Source of the DNA: a virus
Taxonomy: Duplodnaviria > Heunggongvirae > Uroviricota > Caudoviricetes
DNA: 37,721 nt
Direction: 5' to 3' (one strand)
Virus record (IMG/VR): IMGVR_UViG_2778261460_000005
Span: 1-37,721 of that record
In this document: piece by piece, positions 9,225 to 17,866 of the stretch
How the letters are laid out: each line of letters begins with the position of its first letter
How positions within the stretch are numbered: the first letter of the stretch is position 1
The notes under the pieces: generated by a model
What the model was told of the DNA's origin: nothing
What the model saw: the letters and a program-made list of their open reading frames with translations, nothing else
Databases searched by the model: none
Translations under genes and position numbers: made by a program

Positions 9225-9241
9225 ATAAAACTTACTTCCTA

Positions 9242-9958
<717 letters not shown>

Positions 9959-9965
9959 TTAAATC

Positions 9966-10029
9966 TATCACCGCAAGGGATAAATATCTAACACCGTGCG
10001 TGTTGACTACTTTACCTCTGGCGGTGATA
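9966..10029. promoter_or_regulatory. OR3-OR2-OR1 operators with divergent pRM and pR
   Basis: TATCACCGCAAGGGATA (9966-9982), TAACACCGTGCGTGTTG (9989-10005) and TACCTCTGGCGGTGATA (10013-10029), followed by the GGTTGCATGTACTAAGGAGGTTGT cro leader. Confidence 0.95.
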
Positions 10030-10046
10030 ATGGTTGCATGTACTAA

Positions 10047-10256
<210 letters not shown>

Positions 10257-10263
10257 ATAACCC

Positions 10264-10295
10264 CGCTCTTACACATTCCAGCCCTGAAAAAGGGC
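10264..10295 (+). promoter_or_regulatory. nutR (boxA CGCTCTTA + boxB GCCCTGAAAAAGGGC)
   Basis: Sequence read directly; it lies between cro and cII, as in lambda. The tR1 region follows. Confidence 0.9.
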
Positions 10296-10354
10296 ATCCA
10301 ATTAAACCACACCTATGGTGTATGCATTTATTTGCATACATTCAATCAATTGTT

Positions 10355-10397
10355 ATCTAAGGAAATACTTACATATGGTTCGTGCAAACAAACGCAA
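10355..10397 (-). promoter_or_regulatory. pRE (CII-activated promoter for repressor establishment)
   Basis: The minus strand carries the TTGC-N6-TTGC CII site (TTGCGTTTGTTTGC, 10384-10397) inside the cII 5' end, with AAGTAT as the -10 downstream. Identified from knowledge of lambda. Confidence 0.7.
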
Positions 10398-10668
10398 CGA
10401 GGCTCTACGAATCGAGAGTGCGTTGCTTAACAAAATCGCAATGCTTGGAACTGAGAAGACAGCGGAAGCTGTGGGAGTTGATAAGTCGCAGATCAGCAGG
10501 TGGAAGAGAGACTGGATTCCAAAGTTCTCAATGCTGCTTGCTGTTCTTGAATGGGGGGTCGTTGACGACGACATGGCTCGATTGGCGCGACAAGTTGCTG
10601 CGATTCTCACCAATAAAAAACGCCCGGCGGCAACCGAGCGTTCTGAACAAATCCAGATGGAGTTCTGA
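10375..10668 (+). CDS. cII: CII transcriptional activator
   Basis: 97 aa from MVRANKRNEALRIESALLNKIAMLGTEKTAEAVGVDKSQISRWKRDWIPKF. The track ORF starts 20 codons too early. Confidence 0.96.
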   Translation: MVRANKRNEALRIESALLNKIAMLGTEKTAEAVGVDKSQISRWKRDWIPKFSMLLAVLEWGVVDDDMARLARQVAAILTNKKRPAATERSEQIQMEF

Positions 10669-10690
10669 GGTCATTACTGGATCTATCAAC
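10612..10690 (-). ncRNA. oop: OOP antisense RNA
   Basis: The minus strand reads GTTGATAGATCCAGTAATGACCTCAGAACTCCATCTGGATTTGTTCAGAACGCTCGGTTGCCGCCGGGCGTTTTTTATT. This matches the lambda OOP RNA as I remember it, including the terminator hairpin and U-run. It is antisense to the cII 3' end. Confidence 0.75.
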
Positions 10691-10700
10691 AGGAGTCATT

Positions 10701-11600
10701 ATGACAAATACAGCAAAAATACTCAACTTCGGCAGAGGTAACTTTGCCGGACAGGAGCGTAATGTGGCAGATCTCGATGATGGTTACGCCAGACTATCAA
10801 ATATGCTGCTTGAGGCTTATTCGGGCGCAGATCTGACCAAGCGACAGTTTAAAGTGCTGCTTGCCATTCTGCGTAAAACCTATGGGTGGAATAAACCAAT
10901 GGACAGAATCACCGATTCTCAACTTAGCGAGATTACAAAGTTACCTGTCAAACGGTGCAATGAAGCCAAGTTAGAACTCGTCAGAATGAATATTATCAAG
11001 CAGCAAGGCGGCATGTTTGGACCAAATAAAAACATCTCAGAATGGTGTATCCCTCAAAACGAGGGAAAATCCCCTAAAACGAGGGATAAAACATCCCTCA
11101 AATTGGGGGATTGCTATCCCTCAAAACAGGGGGACACAAAAGACACTATTACAAAAGAAAAAAGAAAAGATTATTCGTCCGAGAATTCTGGCGAATCCTC
11201 TGACCAGCCAGAAAACGATCTTTCTGTGGTTAAACCGGATGCTGCAATTCAGAGCGGCAGCAAGTGGGGAACAGCAGAAGACCTGACCGCCGCAGAGTGG
11301 ATGTTTGACATGGTGAAGACCATCGCGCCATCAGCCAGAAAACCGAATTTTGCTGGGTGGGCTAACGATATCCGCCTGATGCGTGAACGTGACGGACGTA
11401 ACCACCGCGATATGTGTGTGCTTTTCCGCTGGGCCTGCCAGGACAACTTCTGGTCCGGTAACGTGCTGAGTCCGGCCAAACTCCGCGACAAGTGGACCCA
11501 GCTCGAAATCAACCGTAACAAGCAACAGGCAGGCGTGACAGCCAGCAAACCAAAACTCGACCTGACAAACACTGACTGGATTTACGGGGTGGATTTATGA
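10701..11600 (+). CDS. O: replication initiator O
   Basis: 299 aa, MTNTAKILNFGRGNFAGQERNVADLDDGYARLSNMLLEAYSGADLTKRQFKVLLAILRKTYGWNKPMDRI. This is lambda O. Confidence 0.97.
   Translation: MTNTAKILNFGRGNFAGQERNVADLDDGYARLSNMLLEAYSGADLTKRQFKVLLAILRKTYGWNKPMDRITDSQLSEITKLPVKRCNEAKLELVRMNIIKQQGGMFGPNKNISEWCIPQNEGKSPKTRDKTSLKLGDCYPSKQGDTKDTITKEKRKDYSSENSGESSDQPENDLSVVKPDAAIQSGSKWGTAEDLTAAEWMFDMVKTIAPSARKPNFAGWANDIRLMRERDGRNHRDMCVLFRWACQDNFWSGNVLSPAKLRDKWTQLEINRNKQQAGVTASKPKLDLTNTDWIYGVDL
11049..11180. repeat. ori-lambda: four O-binding iterons plus AT-rich region (inside O)
   Basis: The iterons TCCCTCAAAACGAGGGA, TCCCCTAAAACGAGGGA, TCCCTCAAATTGGGGGA and TCCCTCAAAACAGGGGGA are followed by ACAAAAGAAAAAAGAAAAGATTATT. 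Confidence 0.92.
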
Positions 11601-12298
11601 AAAACATCGCCGCACAGATGGTTAACTTTGACCGTGAGCAGATGCGCCGGATCGCCAACAACATGCCGGAACAGTACGACGAAAAGCCGCAGGTACAACA
11701 GGTAGCGCAGATCATCAATGGTGTGTTCAGCCAGTTACTGGCAACTTTCCCGGCGAGCCTGGCTAACCGTGACCAGAATGAACTGAACGAAATCCGCCGC
11801 CAGTGGGTTCTGGCTTTCCGGGAAAATGGGATCACCACGATGGAACAGGTTAACGCTGGAATGCGCGTAGCCCGTCGGCAGAATCGACCATTCCTGCCAT
11901 CACCCGGGCAGTTTGTTGCCTGGTGCCGGGAAGAAGCATCCGTTACCGCCGGGCTGCCAAACGCCAGCGAGCTGGTTGATATGGTTTACGAGTATTGCCG
12001 GAAGCGAGGCCTGTATCCGGATGCGGAGTCTTATCCGTGGAAATCAAACGCGCACTACTGGCTGGTTACCAACCTGTATCAGAACATGCGGGCCAATGCG
12101 CTTACTGATGCGGAATTACGCCGTAAGGCCGCAGATGAGCTTGTCCATATGACTGCGAGAATTAACCGTGGTGAGGCGATCCCTGAACCAGTAAAACAAC
12201 TTCCTGTCATGGGCGGTAGACCTCTAAATCGTGCACAGGCTCTGGCGAAGATCGCAGAAATCAAAGCTAAGTTCGGACTGAAAGGAGCAAGTGTATGA
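11597..12298 (+). CDS. P: replication protein P (DnaB loader)
   Basis: 233 aa, MKNIAAQMVNFDREQMRRIANNMPEQYDEKPQVQQVAQIINGVFSQLLATFPASLANRDQNE. This is lambda P. Confidence 0.97.
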   Translation: MKNIAAQMVNFDREQMRRIANNMPEQYDEKPQVQQVAQIINGVFSQLLATFPASLANRDQNELNEIRRQWVLAFRENGITTMEQVNAGMRVARRQNRPFLPSPGQFVAWCREEASVTAGLPNASELVDMVYEYCRKRGLYPDAESYPWKSNAHYWLVTNLYQNMRANALTDAELRRKAADELVHMTARINRGEAIPEPVKQLPVMGGRPLNRAQALAKIAEIKAKFGLKGASV

Positions 12299-12585
12299 CG
12301 GGCAAAGAGGCAATTATTCATTACCTGGGGACGCATAATAGCTTCTGTGCGCCGGACGTTGCCGCGCTAACAGGCGCAACAGTAACCAGCATAAATCAGG
12401 CCGCGGCTAAAATGGCACGGGCAGGTCTTCTGGTTATCGAAGGTAAGGTCTGGCGAACGGTGTATTACCGGTTTGCTACCAGGGAAGAACGGGAAGGAAA
12501 GATGAGCACGAACCTGATTTTTAAGGAGTGTCGCCAGAGTGCCGCGATGAAACGGGTATTGGCGGTATATGGAGTTAAAAGATGA
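12295..12585 (+). CDS. ren: Ren (Rex-exclusion relief protein)
   Basis: 96 aa, MTGKEAIIHYLGTHNSFCAPDVAALTGATVTSINQAAAKMARAGLLVIEGKVWRTVYYRF. This is lambda Ren. Confidence 0.93.
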   Translation: MTGKEAIIHYLGTHNSFCAPDVAALTGATVTSINQAAAKMARAGLLVIEGKVWRTVYYRFATREEREGKMSTNLIFKECRQSAAMKRVLAVYGVKR

Positions 12586-12608
12586 CCATCTACATCACTG
12601 AGCTAATA

Positions 12609-12641
12609 ACAGGCCTGCTGGTAATCGCAGGCCTTTTTATT
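12609..12641 (+). terminator. tR2-like intrinsic terminator
   Basis: AGGCCTGC-TGGTAATC-GCAGGCCT followed by TTTTTATTT, between ren and ninB as in lambda. Confidence 0.85.
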
Positions 12642-12658
12642 TGGGGGAGAGGGAAGTC

Positions 12659-13099
12659 ATGAAAAAACTAACCTTTGAAATTCGATCTCCAGCACATCAG
12701 CAAAACGCTATTCACGCGGTACAGCAAATTCTTCCAGACCCAACCAAACCAATCGTAGTAACCATTCAGGAACGCAACCGCAGCTTAGACCAGAATCGAA
12801 AGCTTTGGGCTTGCCTTGGTGACGTCTCTCGTCAGGTTGAATGGCATGGTCGCTGGCTGGATGCAGAAAGCTGGAAGTGTGTGTTTACCGCAGCATTAAA
12901 GCAGCAGGATGTTGTTCCTAACCTTGCCGGGAATGGCTTTGTGGTAATAGGCCAGTCAACCAGCAGGATGCGTGTAAGCGAATTTGCGGAGCTATTAGAG
13001 CTTATACAGGCATTCGGTACAGAGCGTGGCGTTAAGTGGTCGGACGAAGCGCGACTGGCTCTCGAATGGAAAGCGCGATGGGGAGACAGGGCGGCATGA
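12659..13099 (+). CDS. ninB: NinB (Orf recombination mediator)
   Basis: 146 aa from [64 protein letters not shown]. Confidence 0.93.
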   Translation: MKKLTFEIRSPAHQQNAIHAVQQILPDPTKPIVVTIQERNRSLDQNRKLWACLGDVSRQVEWHGRWLDAESWKCVFTAALKQQDVVPNLAGNGFVVIGQSTSRMRVSEFAELLELIQAFGTERGVKWSDEARLALEWKARWGDRAA

Positions 13100-13278
13100 G
13101 ACGACAGCGACGAAGTATCACCGACATCATCTGCGAAAACTGCAAATACCTTCCAACGAAACGCTCCAGAAATAAACGCAAGCCAATCCCAAAAGAATCT
13201 GACGTAAAAACCTTCAACTACACGGCTCACCTGTGGGATATCCGGTGGCTAAGACATCGTGCGAGGAATACAAGGTGA
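13096..13278 (+). CDS. ninE: NinE
   Basis: 60 aa from [52 protein letters not shown]. It follows ninB directly; ninC and ninD are absent. Confidence 0.85.
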   Translation: MRRQRRSITDIICENCKYLPTKRSRNKRKPIPKESDVKTFNYTAHLWDIRWLRHRARNTR

Positions 13279-13445
13279 TTGACCCAAATCGAAGTTACGA
13301 ACAAGAAAGCGTCGAGCGGGCTTTAACGTGCGCTAATTGCGGTCAGAAGCTGCATGTGCTGGAAGTTCACGTGTGTGAGTACTGCTGTGCAGAGCTGATG
13401 AGCGATTCGAATAGCTCGATGCACGAGGAAGAAGATGATGGCTAA
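13275..13445 (+). CDS. ninF: NinF
   Basis: 56 aa from a GTG start: [56 protein letters not shown]. The start codon is inferred by analogy with lambda. Confidence 0.75.
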
Positions 13446-14049
13446 ACCAGCGCGAAGACGATGTAAAAACGATGAATGTCGGGAATGGTTTCACCCTGCA
13501 TTCGCTAATCAGTGGTGGTGCTCTCCAGAGTGTGGAACCAAGATAGCACTCGAACGACGAAGTAAAGAACGCGAAAAAGCGGAAAAAGCAGCAGAGAAGA
13601 AACGACGACGAGAGGAGCAGAAACAGAAAGATAAACTTAAGATTAGAAAACTCGCCTTAAAGCCCCGCAGTTACTGGATTAAACAAGCCCAACAAGCCGT
13701 AAACGCCTTCATCAGAGAAAGAGACCGCGACTTACCATGTATCTCTTGCGGAACGCTCACGTCTGCTCAGTGGGATGCCGGACATTACCGGACAACTGCT
13801 GCGGCACCTCAACTCCGATTTGATGAACGCAATATTCACAAGCAATGCGTGGTGTGCAACCAGCACAAAAGCGGAAATCTCGTTCCGTATCGCGTCGAAC
13901 TGATTAGCCGCATCGGGCAGGAAGCAGTAGACGAAATCGAATCAAACCATAACCGCCATCGCTGGACTGTCGAAGAGTGCAGGGCCATCAAGGCGGAGTA
14001 TCAGCAGAAACTCAAAGACCTGCGAAACAGCAGAAGTGAGGCCGCATGA
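13435..14049 (+). CDS. ninG: NinG / Rap recombination endonuclease
   Basis: 204 aa, [62 protein letters not shown]. This is lambda NinG. Confidence 0.95.
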
Positions 14050-14102
14050 CGTTCTCAGTAAAAACCATTCCAGATCACAAGGGAGAAGGCGCATGGGCAT
14101 AA
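14046..14102 (+). pseudogene. ninH 5' remnant fused to a ninI-3'/Q-leader-like sequence (recombination scar)
   Basis: ATGACGTTCTCAGTAAAAACCATTCCAGA is the lambda ninH start ([10 protein letters not shown]) as I recall it. The frame then runs HKGEGAWA-stop through GGGAGAAGGCGCATG, which resembles the lambda ninI end. The resulting ORF is 18 aa. Confidence 0.55.
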
Positions 14103-14581
14103 GAGAACTAAACCTCACCAAAGAACAGCACGAGTGGCTGAATGGCTGGCTTGAACTGTGGGGCGCATGGGTTTATTCAGGTCGTCTGGAAAAGCGCATG
14201 AGCAGCGTAATAGCTAAGTTCATGGAGAGCGTAGAGCCGGGAAGAGTTATGACAAGGCCAATGTGTAATGATGATGATGGAATGTTGATTTCTCAGGTCG
14301 TCGATTCCGTCATGTACATTGACAAGAAAGCCTTTGGCATCCTCCTCAGCTACTACGCCCACGGCTCTTCCAAGCACGCCATTGCATCTTACTATCATCG
14401 CGTCGCAAGACCTCGCAAGATGTTATGCCGGGGCGGCGGGCGCATTCAAAAACCATCGCTCGCAACCTGTCGACGGGAAGTTGACGAAATCCTCAATGCC
14501 TCGTTGTTTATGATTTACCCGGTTCTGGATGGTGCGTTTAAAAACCGGAAACGTGTAGAGAAAATTAAACATGTAGCATAG
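14093..14581 (+). CDS. Q: late antiterminator Q (phage 21 Q-type)
   Basis: 162 aa from MGIRELNLTKEQHEWLNGWLELWGAWVYSGRLEKRMSS, with the SD GGGAGAAGG upstream. It sits directly upstream of a promoter-terminator unit and the phage-21-type lysis genes. It is not lambda Q. Confidence 0.8.
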   Translation: MGIRELNLTKEQHEWLNGWLELWGAWVYSGRLEKRMSSVIAKFMESVEPGRVMTRPMCNDDDGMLISQVVDSVMYIDKKAFGILLSYYAHGSSKHAIASYYHRVARPRKMLCRGGGRIQKPSLATCRREVDEILNASLFMIYPVLDGAFKNRKRVEKIKHVA

Positions 14582-14587
14582 AACGTG

Positions 14588-14620
14588 TTGACATCATTGA
14601 GCAAATGAGCAACACTATTC
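14588..14620 (+). promoter_or_regulatory. putative late promoter pR' / Q-utilisation region
   Basis: A perfect TTGACA at 14588-14593 lies 7 nt after the Q stop. The -10 is ambiguous (AACACT, CACTAT or TATTCG region). The strong terminator that follows fits the pR'-tR' unit of lambdoid phages. Confidence 0.5.
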
Positions 14621-14626
14621 GCATAA

Positions 14627-14669
14627 GCTGCCGTTAGTGACTCTTAAGTTGCAACGGTGGCTTTTTTTA
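14627..14669 (+). terminator. tR' intrinsic terminator
   Basis: A long hairpin spans 14627-14661: a 9-bp lower stem GCTGCCGTT/AACGGTGGC with G-U pairs, plus an upper stem. It is followed by T7 (14662-14668). Confidence 0.85.
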
Positions 14670-14672
14670 TTT

Positions 14673-14747
14673 GGGTCAGTCGTATAAAGGTCATTACGGA
14701 AGGCTGTTAACCTTCTTATCGTGGTTCGAGTCCACGCTGTCCCGCCA
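14673..14747 (+). tRNA. phage tRNA, Asn-like (anticodon GTT)
   Basis: Hand-folded 75 nt: acceptor GGGTCAG/CTGTCCC (one T-T mismatch at 4:69), D stem GTAT/TTAC (3 bp), anticodon arm GAAGG-CTGTTAA-CCTTC, T arm CGTGG-TTCGAGT-CCACG, discriminator G, encoded CCA. Confidence 0.7.
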
Positions 14748-14752
14748 AATAT

Positions 14753-14828
14753 GCTGGTTTAGCTCCAATGGTAGAGCGGTCGCCTTGTAAGCGAATGGGT
14801 AGCGGTTCAAGTCCGTTAACCAGCACCA
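14753..14828 (+). tRNA. phage tRNA-Thr (anticodon TGT)
   Basis: Hand-folded 76 nt: acceptor GCTGGTT/AACCAGC, D arm GCTC-CAATGGTA-GAGC, anticodon arm GTCGC-CTTGTAA-GCGAA, T arm AGCGG-TTCAAGT-CCGTT, discriminator A, encoded CCA. Confidence 0.8.
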
Positions 14829-14946
14829 TAACTGAGCCGTAGCCACTGGATGTCCTGAATTCATCAGTGATAGTTATGCTGCGGTCTTCTTTTTCTCCCT
14901 TCCCAATATAAGAACTACGCAATCCGTTACTGGCGGAGGCGTTGCT

Positions 14947-15162
14947 ATGAAATCAATGGACAAAATCTCAACTGGCATTGCCTACGGAACATCCGCTGGT
15001 AGTGCGGGATACTGGTTTTTGCAGTGGTTGGATCAGGTCAGTCCATCACAGTGGGCTGCGATTGGGGTGCTTGGAAGCCTTGTGTTGGGCTTTCTCACCT
15101 ATCTGACAAATCTGTACTTCAAAATCAGAGAAGACAGAAGAAAGGCTGCGAGAGGTGAATAA
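14947..15162 (+). CDS. S: pinholin, phage 21 S-type (dual-start S71/S68)
   Basis: 71 aa [71 protein letters not shown]. It has the M1-K-S-M4 dual-start motif and two TM segments. Confidence 0.93.
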   Translation: MKSMDKISTGIAYGTSAGSAGYWFLQWLDQVSPSQWAAIGVLGSLVLGFLTYLTNLYFKIREDRRKAARGE

Positions 15163-15659
15163 TGCCTCCATCATTACGAAAAGCCGTTGCTGCGGCTATT
15201 GGTGGCGGGGCTATTGCTATAGCATCTGTGTTAATCACTGGCCCAAGTGGTAACGATGGTCTGGAAGGCGTCAGCTACATACCATATAAAGATATCGTTG
15301 GTGTATGGACTGTATGTTACGGGCATACCGGAAAAGACATTATGCTCGGTAAAACGTATACCGAAGCAGAATGCAAAGCCCTCCTGAATAAAGACCTTGC
15401 CACTGTCGCCAGACAAATTAACCCGTACATCAAAGTCGATATACCGGAAACAACGCGCGGCGCTCTTTACTCGTTCGTTTACAACGTTGGTGCTGGAAAT
15501 TTCAGAACATCGACGCTTCTTCGCAAAATAAACCAGGGCGATATCAAAGGCGCATGTGATCAGCTACGGCGCTGGACATACGCTGGCGGTAAGCAATGGA
15601 AAGGGCTGATGACTCGCCGTGAGATTGAGCGTGAAGTCTGTTTGTGGGGGCAACAATGA
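15162..15659 (+). CDS. R: SAR endolysin (T4-lysozyme fold), phage 21 R-type
   Basis: 165 aa. The N-terminus has a Gly/Ala-rich signal-anchor-release segment, [20 protein letters not shown]. The catalytic E-x8-D-x5-T is read as [16 protein letters not shown]. Confidence 0.93.
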   Translation: MPPSLRKAVAAAIGGGAIAIASVLITGPSGNDGLEGVSYIPYKDIVGVWTVCYGHTGKDIMLGKTYTEAECKALLNKDLATVARQINPYIKVDIPETTRGALYSFVYNVGAGNFRTSTLLRKINQGDIKGACDQLRRWTYAGGKQWKGLMTRREIEREVCLWGQQ

Positions 15660-16093
15660 GTAGAGTAACCGCGATTATCTCCGCTCTGGTTATCTGCATC
15701 ATCGTCTGCCTGTCATGGGCTGTTAATCATTACCGTGATAACGCCATGACCTACAAAGAACAGCGCGATAAAGCCACATCCATCATCGCTGATATGCAGA
15801 AGCGTCAACGTGATGTAGCAGAACTCGACGCAAGATATACAAAGGAACTTGCTGATGCTAACGCGACTATCGAAAGTCTCCGTGCTGATGTTTCTGCTGG
15901 GCGTAAGCGCCTGCAAGTCGCCGCCACCTGTGCAAAGTCAACGACCGGAGCCAGCAGCATGGGCGATGGAGAAAGCCCAAGACTTACAGCAGATGCTGAA
16001 CTCAATTATTACCGTCTCCGAAGTGGAATCGACAGGATAACCGCGCAGGTTAACTACTTGCAGGAATACATCAGGACGCAATGCCTTCGATGA
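15656..16093 (+). CDS. Rz: i-spanin Rz
   Basis: 145 aa from [30 protein letters not shown] (N-terminal TM, coiled-coil periplasmic part). The track start at 15644 is 4 codons upstream. Confidence 0.9.
   Translation: MSRVTAIISALVICIIVCLSWAVNHYRDNAMTYKEQRDKATSIIADMQKRQRDVAELDARYTKELADANATIESLRADVSAGRKRLQVAATCAKSTTGASSMGDGESPRLTADAELNYYRLRSGIDRITAQVNYLQEYIRTQCLR
15849..16040 (+). CDS. Rz1: o-spanin Rz1 (lipoprotein, embedded in Rz in the +1 frame)
   Basis: 63 aa with signal peptide and lipobox ...[11 protein letters not shown], followed by the Pro-rich [13 protein letters not shown]. It lies entirely inside Rz. Confidence 0.85.
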   Translation: MLMLTRLSKVSVLMFLLGVSACKSPPPVQSQRPEPAAWAMEKAQDLQQMLNSIITVSEVESTG

Positions 16094-16233
16094 TAGCGAT
16101 AATTTTACTCATCATCCTTCACATCTGGCTCTGTAGACAGGGTGGTGATCACTTCTGGAGTGAATCCAGATTAAACATCTCATTGCTGATGCTTGAAGTT
16201 GAGCATCTGGCGCGCGGTAAGGGGCTGCGTTGA
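16090..16233 (+). CDS. possible 47-aa small membrane peptide (ATGA overlap with the Rz stop)
   Basis: Hand-translated [47 protein letters not shown], with a hydrophobic N-terminus. The ATG overlaps the Rz TGA. No other support. Confidence 0.25.
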   Translation: MIAIILLIILHIWLCRQGGDHFWSESRLNISLLMLEVEHLARGKGLR

Positions 16234-16393
16234 GATAAGAGCCAGTTCATTACAAAGCCTATCTACGGGTGGGCTTGATAATGAAACCGGAATTTATTCT
16301 GGGCAACCAGTTACGGCAGTACAGCGAAACAACCCAAGCCAGTAAGTGGGGAAATAACACTGGCAGCCACTGAAAGATGAACCTCCAGCCTTA

Positions 16394-16831
<438 letters not shown>

Positions 16832-16867
16832 TACGGGCTAATTGATGTATTGAATATTTCGAGCGTA

Positions 16868-16888
16868 AATTGATGTGACACATCAATT
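16868..16888. repeat. perfect 10-bp inverted repeat AATTGATGTG-A-CACATCAATT (operator-like), with an extra half-site at 16840-16848
   Basis: Read directly. It lies 57 nt upstream of the protease ATG. A direct copy, AATTGATGT, lies 28 nt further upstream. Confidence 0.8.
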
Positions 16889-16944
16889 ATTCTGGTGGAT
16901 GAATTCATTATGATTTTTTCACACACCGGTATCGGAGCAAATCG

Positions 16945-17685
16945 ATGCATCAAACTCTAGCCAACGCAACTTTTCAGGTCATTGCAGGGGATTCTCGTGG
17001 TAGTGGGTTCAGCTTTATGCGAGAAGATCTGGTCGTAACCAATTTTCATGTTGTCGCCGCCTGCTGTAACTTGCAGAATCTGCGTCAAATTAATCATGTT
17101 AACCTTCAGACTGAATCTAATGAGCATATAGAAGCTCAAATATTGTACATTGATGGTGACAACGACTTTGCGATTATGCGGTTGCAATCACCGCTTCCTG
17201 CCGGGAGAACAGTACTTCAACCATCCGTAGGATTTACTCCAACTCGAGGCAAAAAGTTAATCTTTGCCGGGTATCCGCATGGGCTGCCTCAATTGCTTAC
17301 GAATGAAGGGATTATTTCCGCCCCTCTGGAAAGTGGGCGTTTTGCTCTTGATGGAATGGTTAATGGTGGAAATTCAGGCGGTCCAATTATTGACCGGGAA
17401 ACGGGAGAAGCTGTAGGCATTGTTACTCAACGTCGATACATTCTGCCGCCTGATGCGCAGCAGCTCTCTAATGAAGTTGCTCAGCTTCGCGGCTATTTGG
17501 CGCAGGCAGCACAGCAAATGTCAGTGGAAGTCATGGGGGTTAACTTTGGACGAATGGCAGATATGTTCAGTCGCTCACTGCAAATGGTTAATGAAATGTT
17601 GAATCTTAATGCCAATCCTGGCATTGGGACTGGTTTCTCGTTAGAACCAATCGTAAATGCAGTTAATTCACTTCCTCAACATTGA
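16945..17685 (+). CDS. cytoplasmic trypsin-fold (S1/Trypsin_2-like) serine protease with a ~90-aa helical C-terminal extension
   Basis: 246 aa. The catalytic triad is readable: TNFHVV (H35), DNDFAIMRL (D74), GGNSGGPII (S144). There is no N-terminal signal peptide. The gene is AT-rich. Confidence 0.8.
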   Translation: MHQTLANATFQVIAGDSRGSGFSFMREDLVVTNFHVVAACCNLQNLRQINHVNLQTESNEHIEAQILYIDGDNDFAIMRLQSPLPAGRTVLQPSVGFTPTRGKKLIFAGYPHGLPQLLTNEGIISAPLESGRFALDGMVNGGNSGGPIIDRETGEAVGIVTQRRYILPPDAQQLSNEVAQLRGYLAQAAQQMSVEVMGVNFGRMADMFSRSLQMVNEMLNLNANPGIGTGFSLEPIVNAVNSLPQH

Positions 17686-17714
17686 TCAAGCTGCGATTTA
17701 GTAAAAGACATAGG

Positions 17715-17742
17715 GCCACTGGCAAGTGCGAGTGGCTTTTCT
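17715..17742 (+). terminator. intrinsic terminator after the protease gene
   Basis: GCCACT-GGCAAGTGCG-AGTGGC followed by TTTTCT. Confidence 0.65.
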
Positions 17743-17866
17743 ATTGCCGTCAAATGGGTAGCATCATTGTAATGGCTTTAACTTTAGGTGCAGAATTATG
17801 GTAAAACCGGACTTGGATTCCGTTGAATAAGAATGGTGACCATAACACAGAGTCACCACAGATTAT

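Noticed and set aside
10382-10741. A 119-aa alternative-frame ORF across cII and the cII-O spacer, and an 86-aa minus-strand ORF at 10353-10613.
   Set aside because: The cII frame is unambiguous (lambda CII sequence). The only known minus-strand product here is the short OOP RNA, not a protein.
11049-11134. Four closely spaced ~18-bp repeats that could be mistaken for a mini CRISPR-like array.
   Set aside because: They are the O-protein iterons of ori-lambda inside the O gene. Each is an internal palindrome, the spacing is irregular and short, and an AT-rich unwinding region follows.
14716-14922. A 68-aa minus-strand ORF between Q and the holin gene.
   Set aside because: It lies directly over the two hand-folded tRNA genes. 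Its sequence is the reverse complement of tRNA stems, so it is not a gene.
14829-14946. A possible third tRNA or small RNA between tRNA-Thr and the holin gene.
   Set aside because: I could not fold a cloverleaf: there is no T-loop GTTCRA motif or matching acceptor arms. The segment resembles the lambda late-leader sequence (…CTGAGCCGTAGCCACTG…CCTGAATTCAT…).
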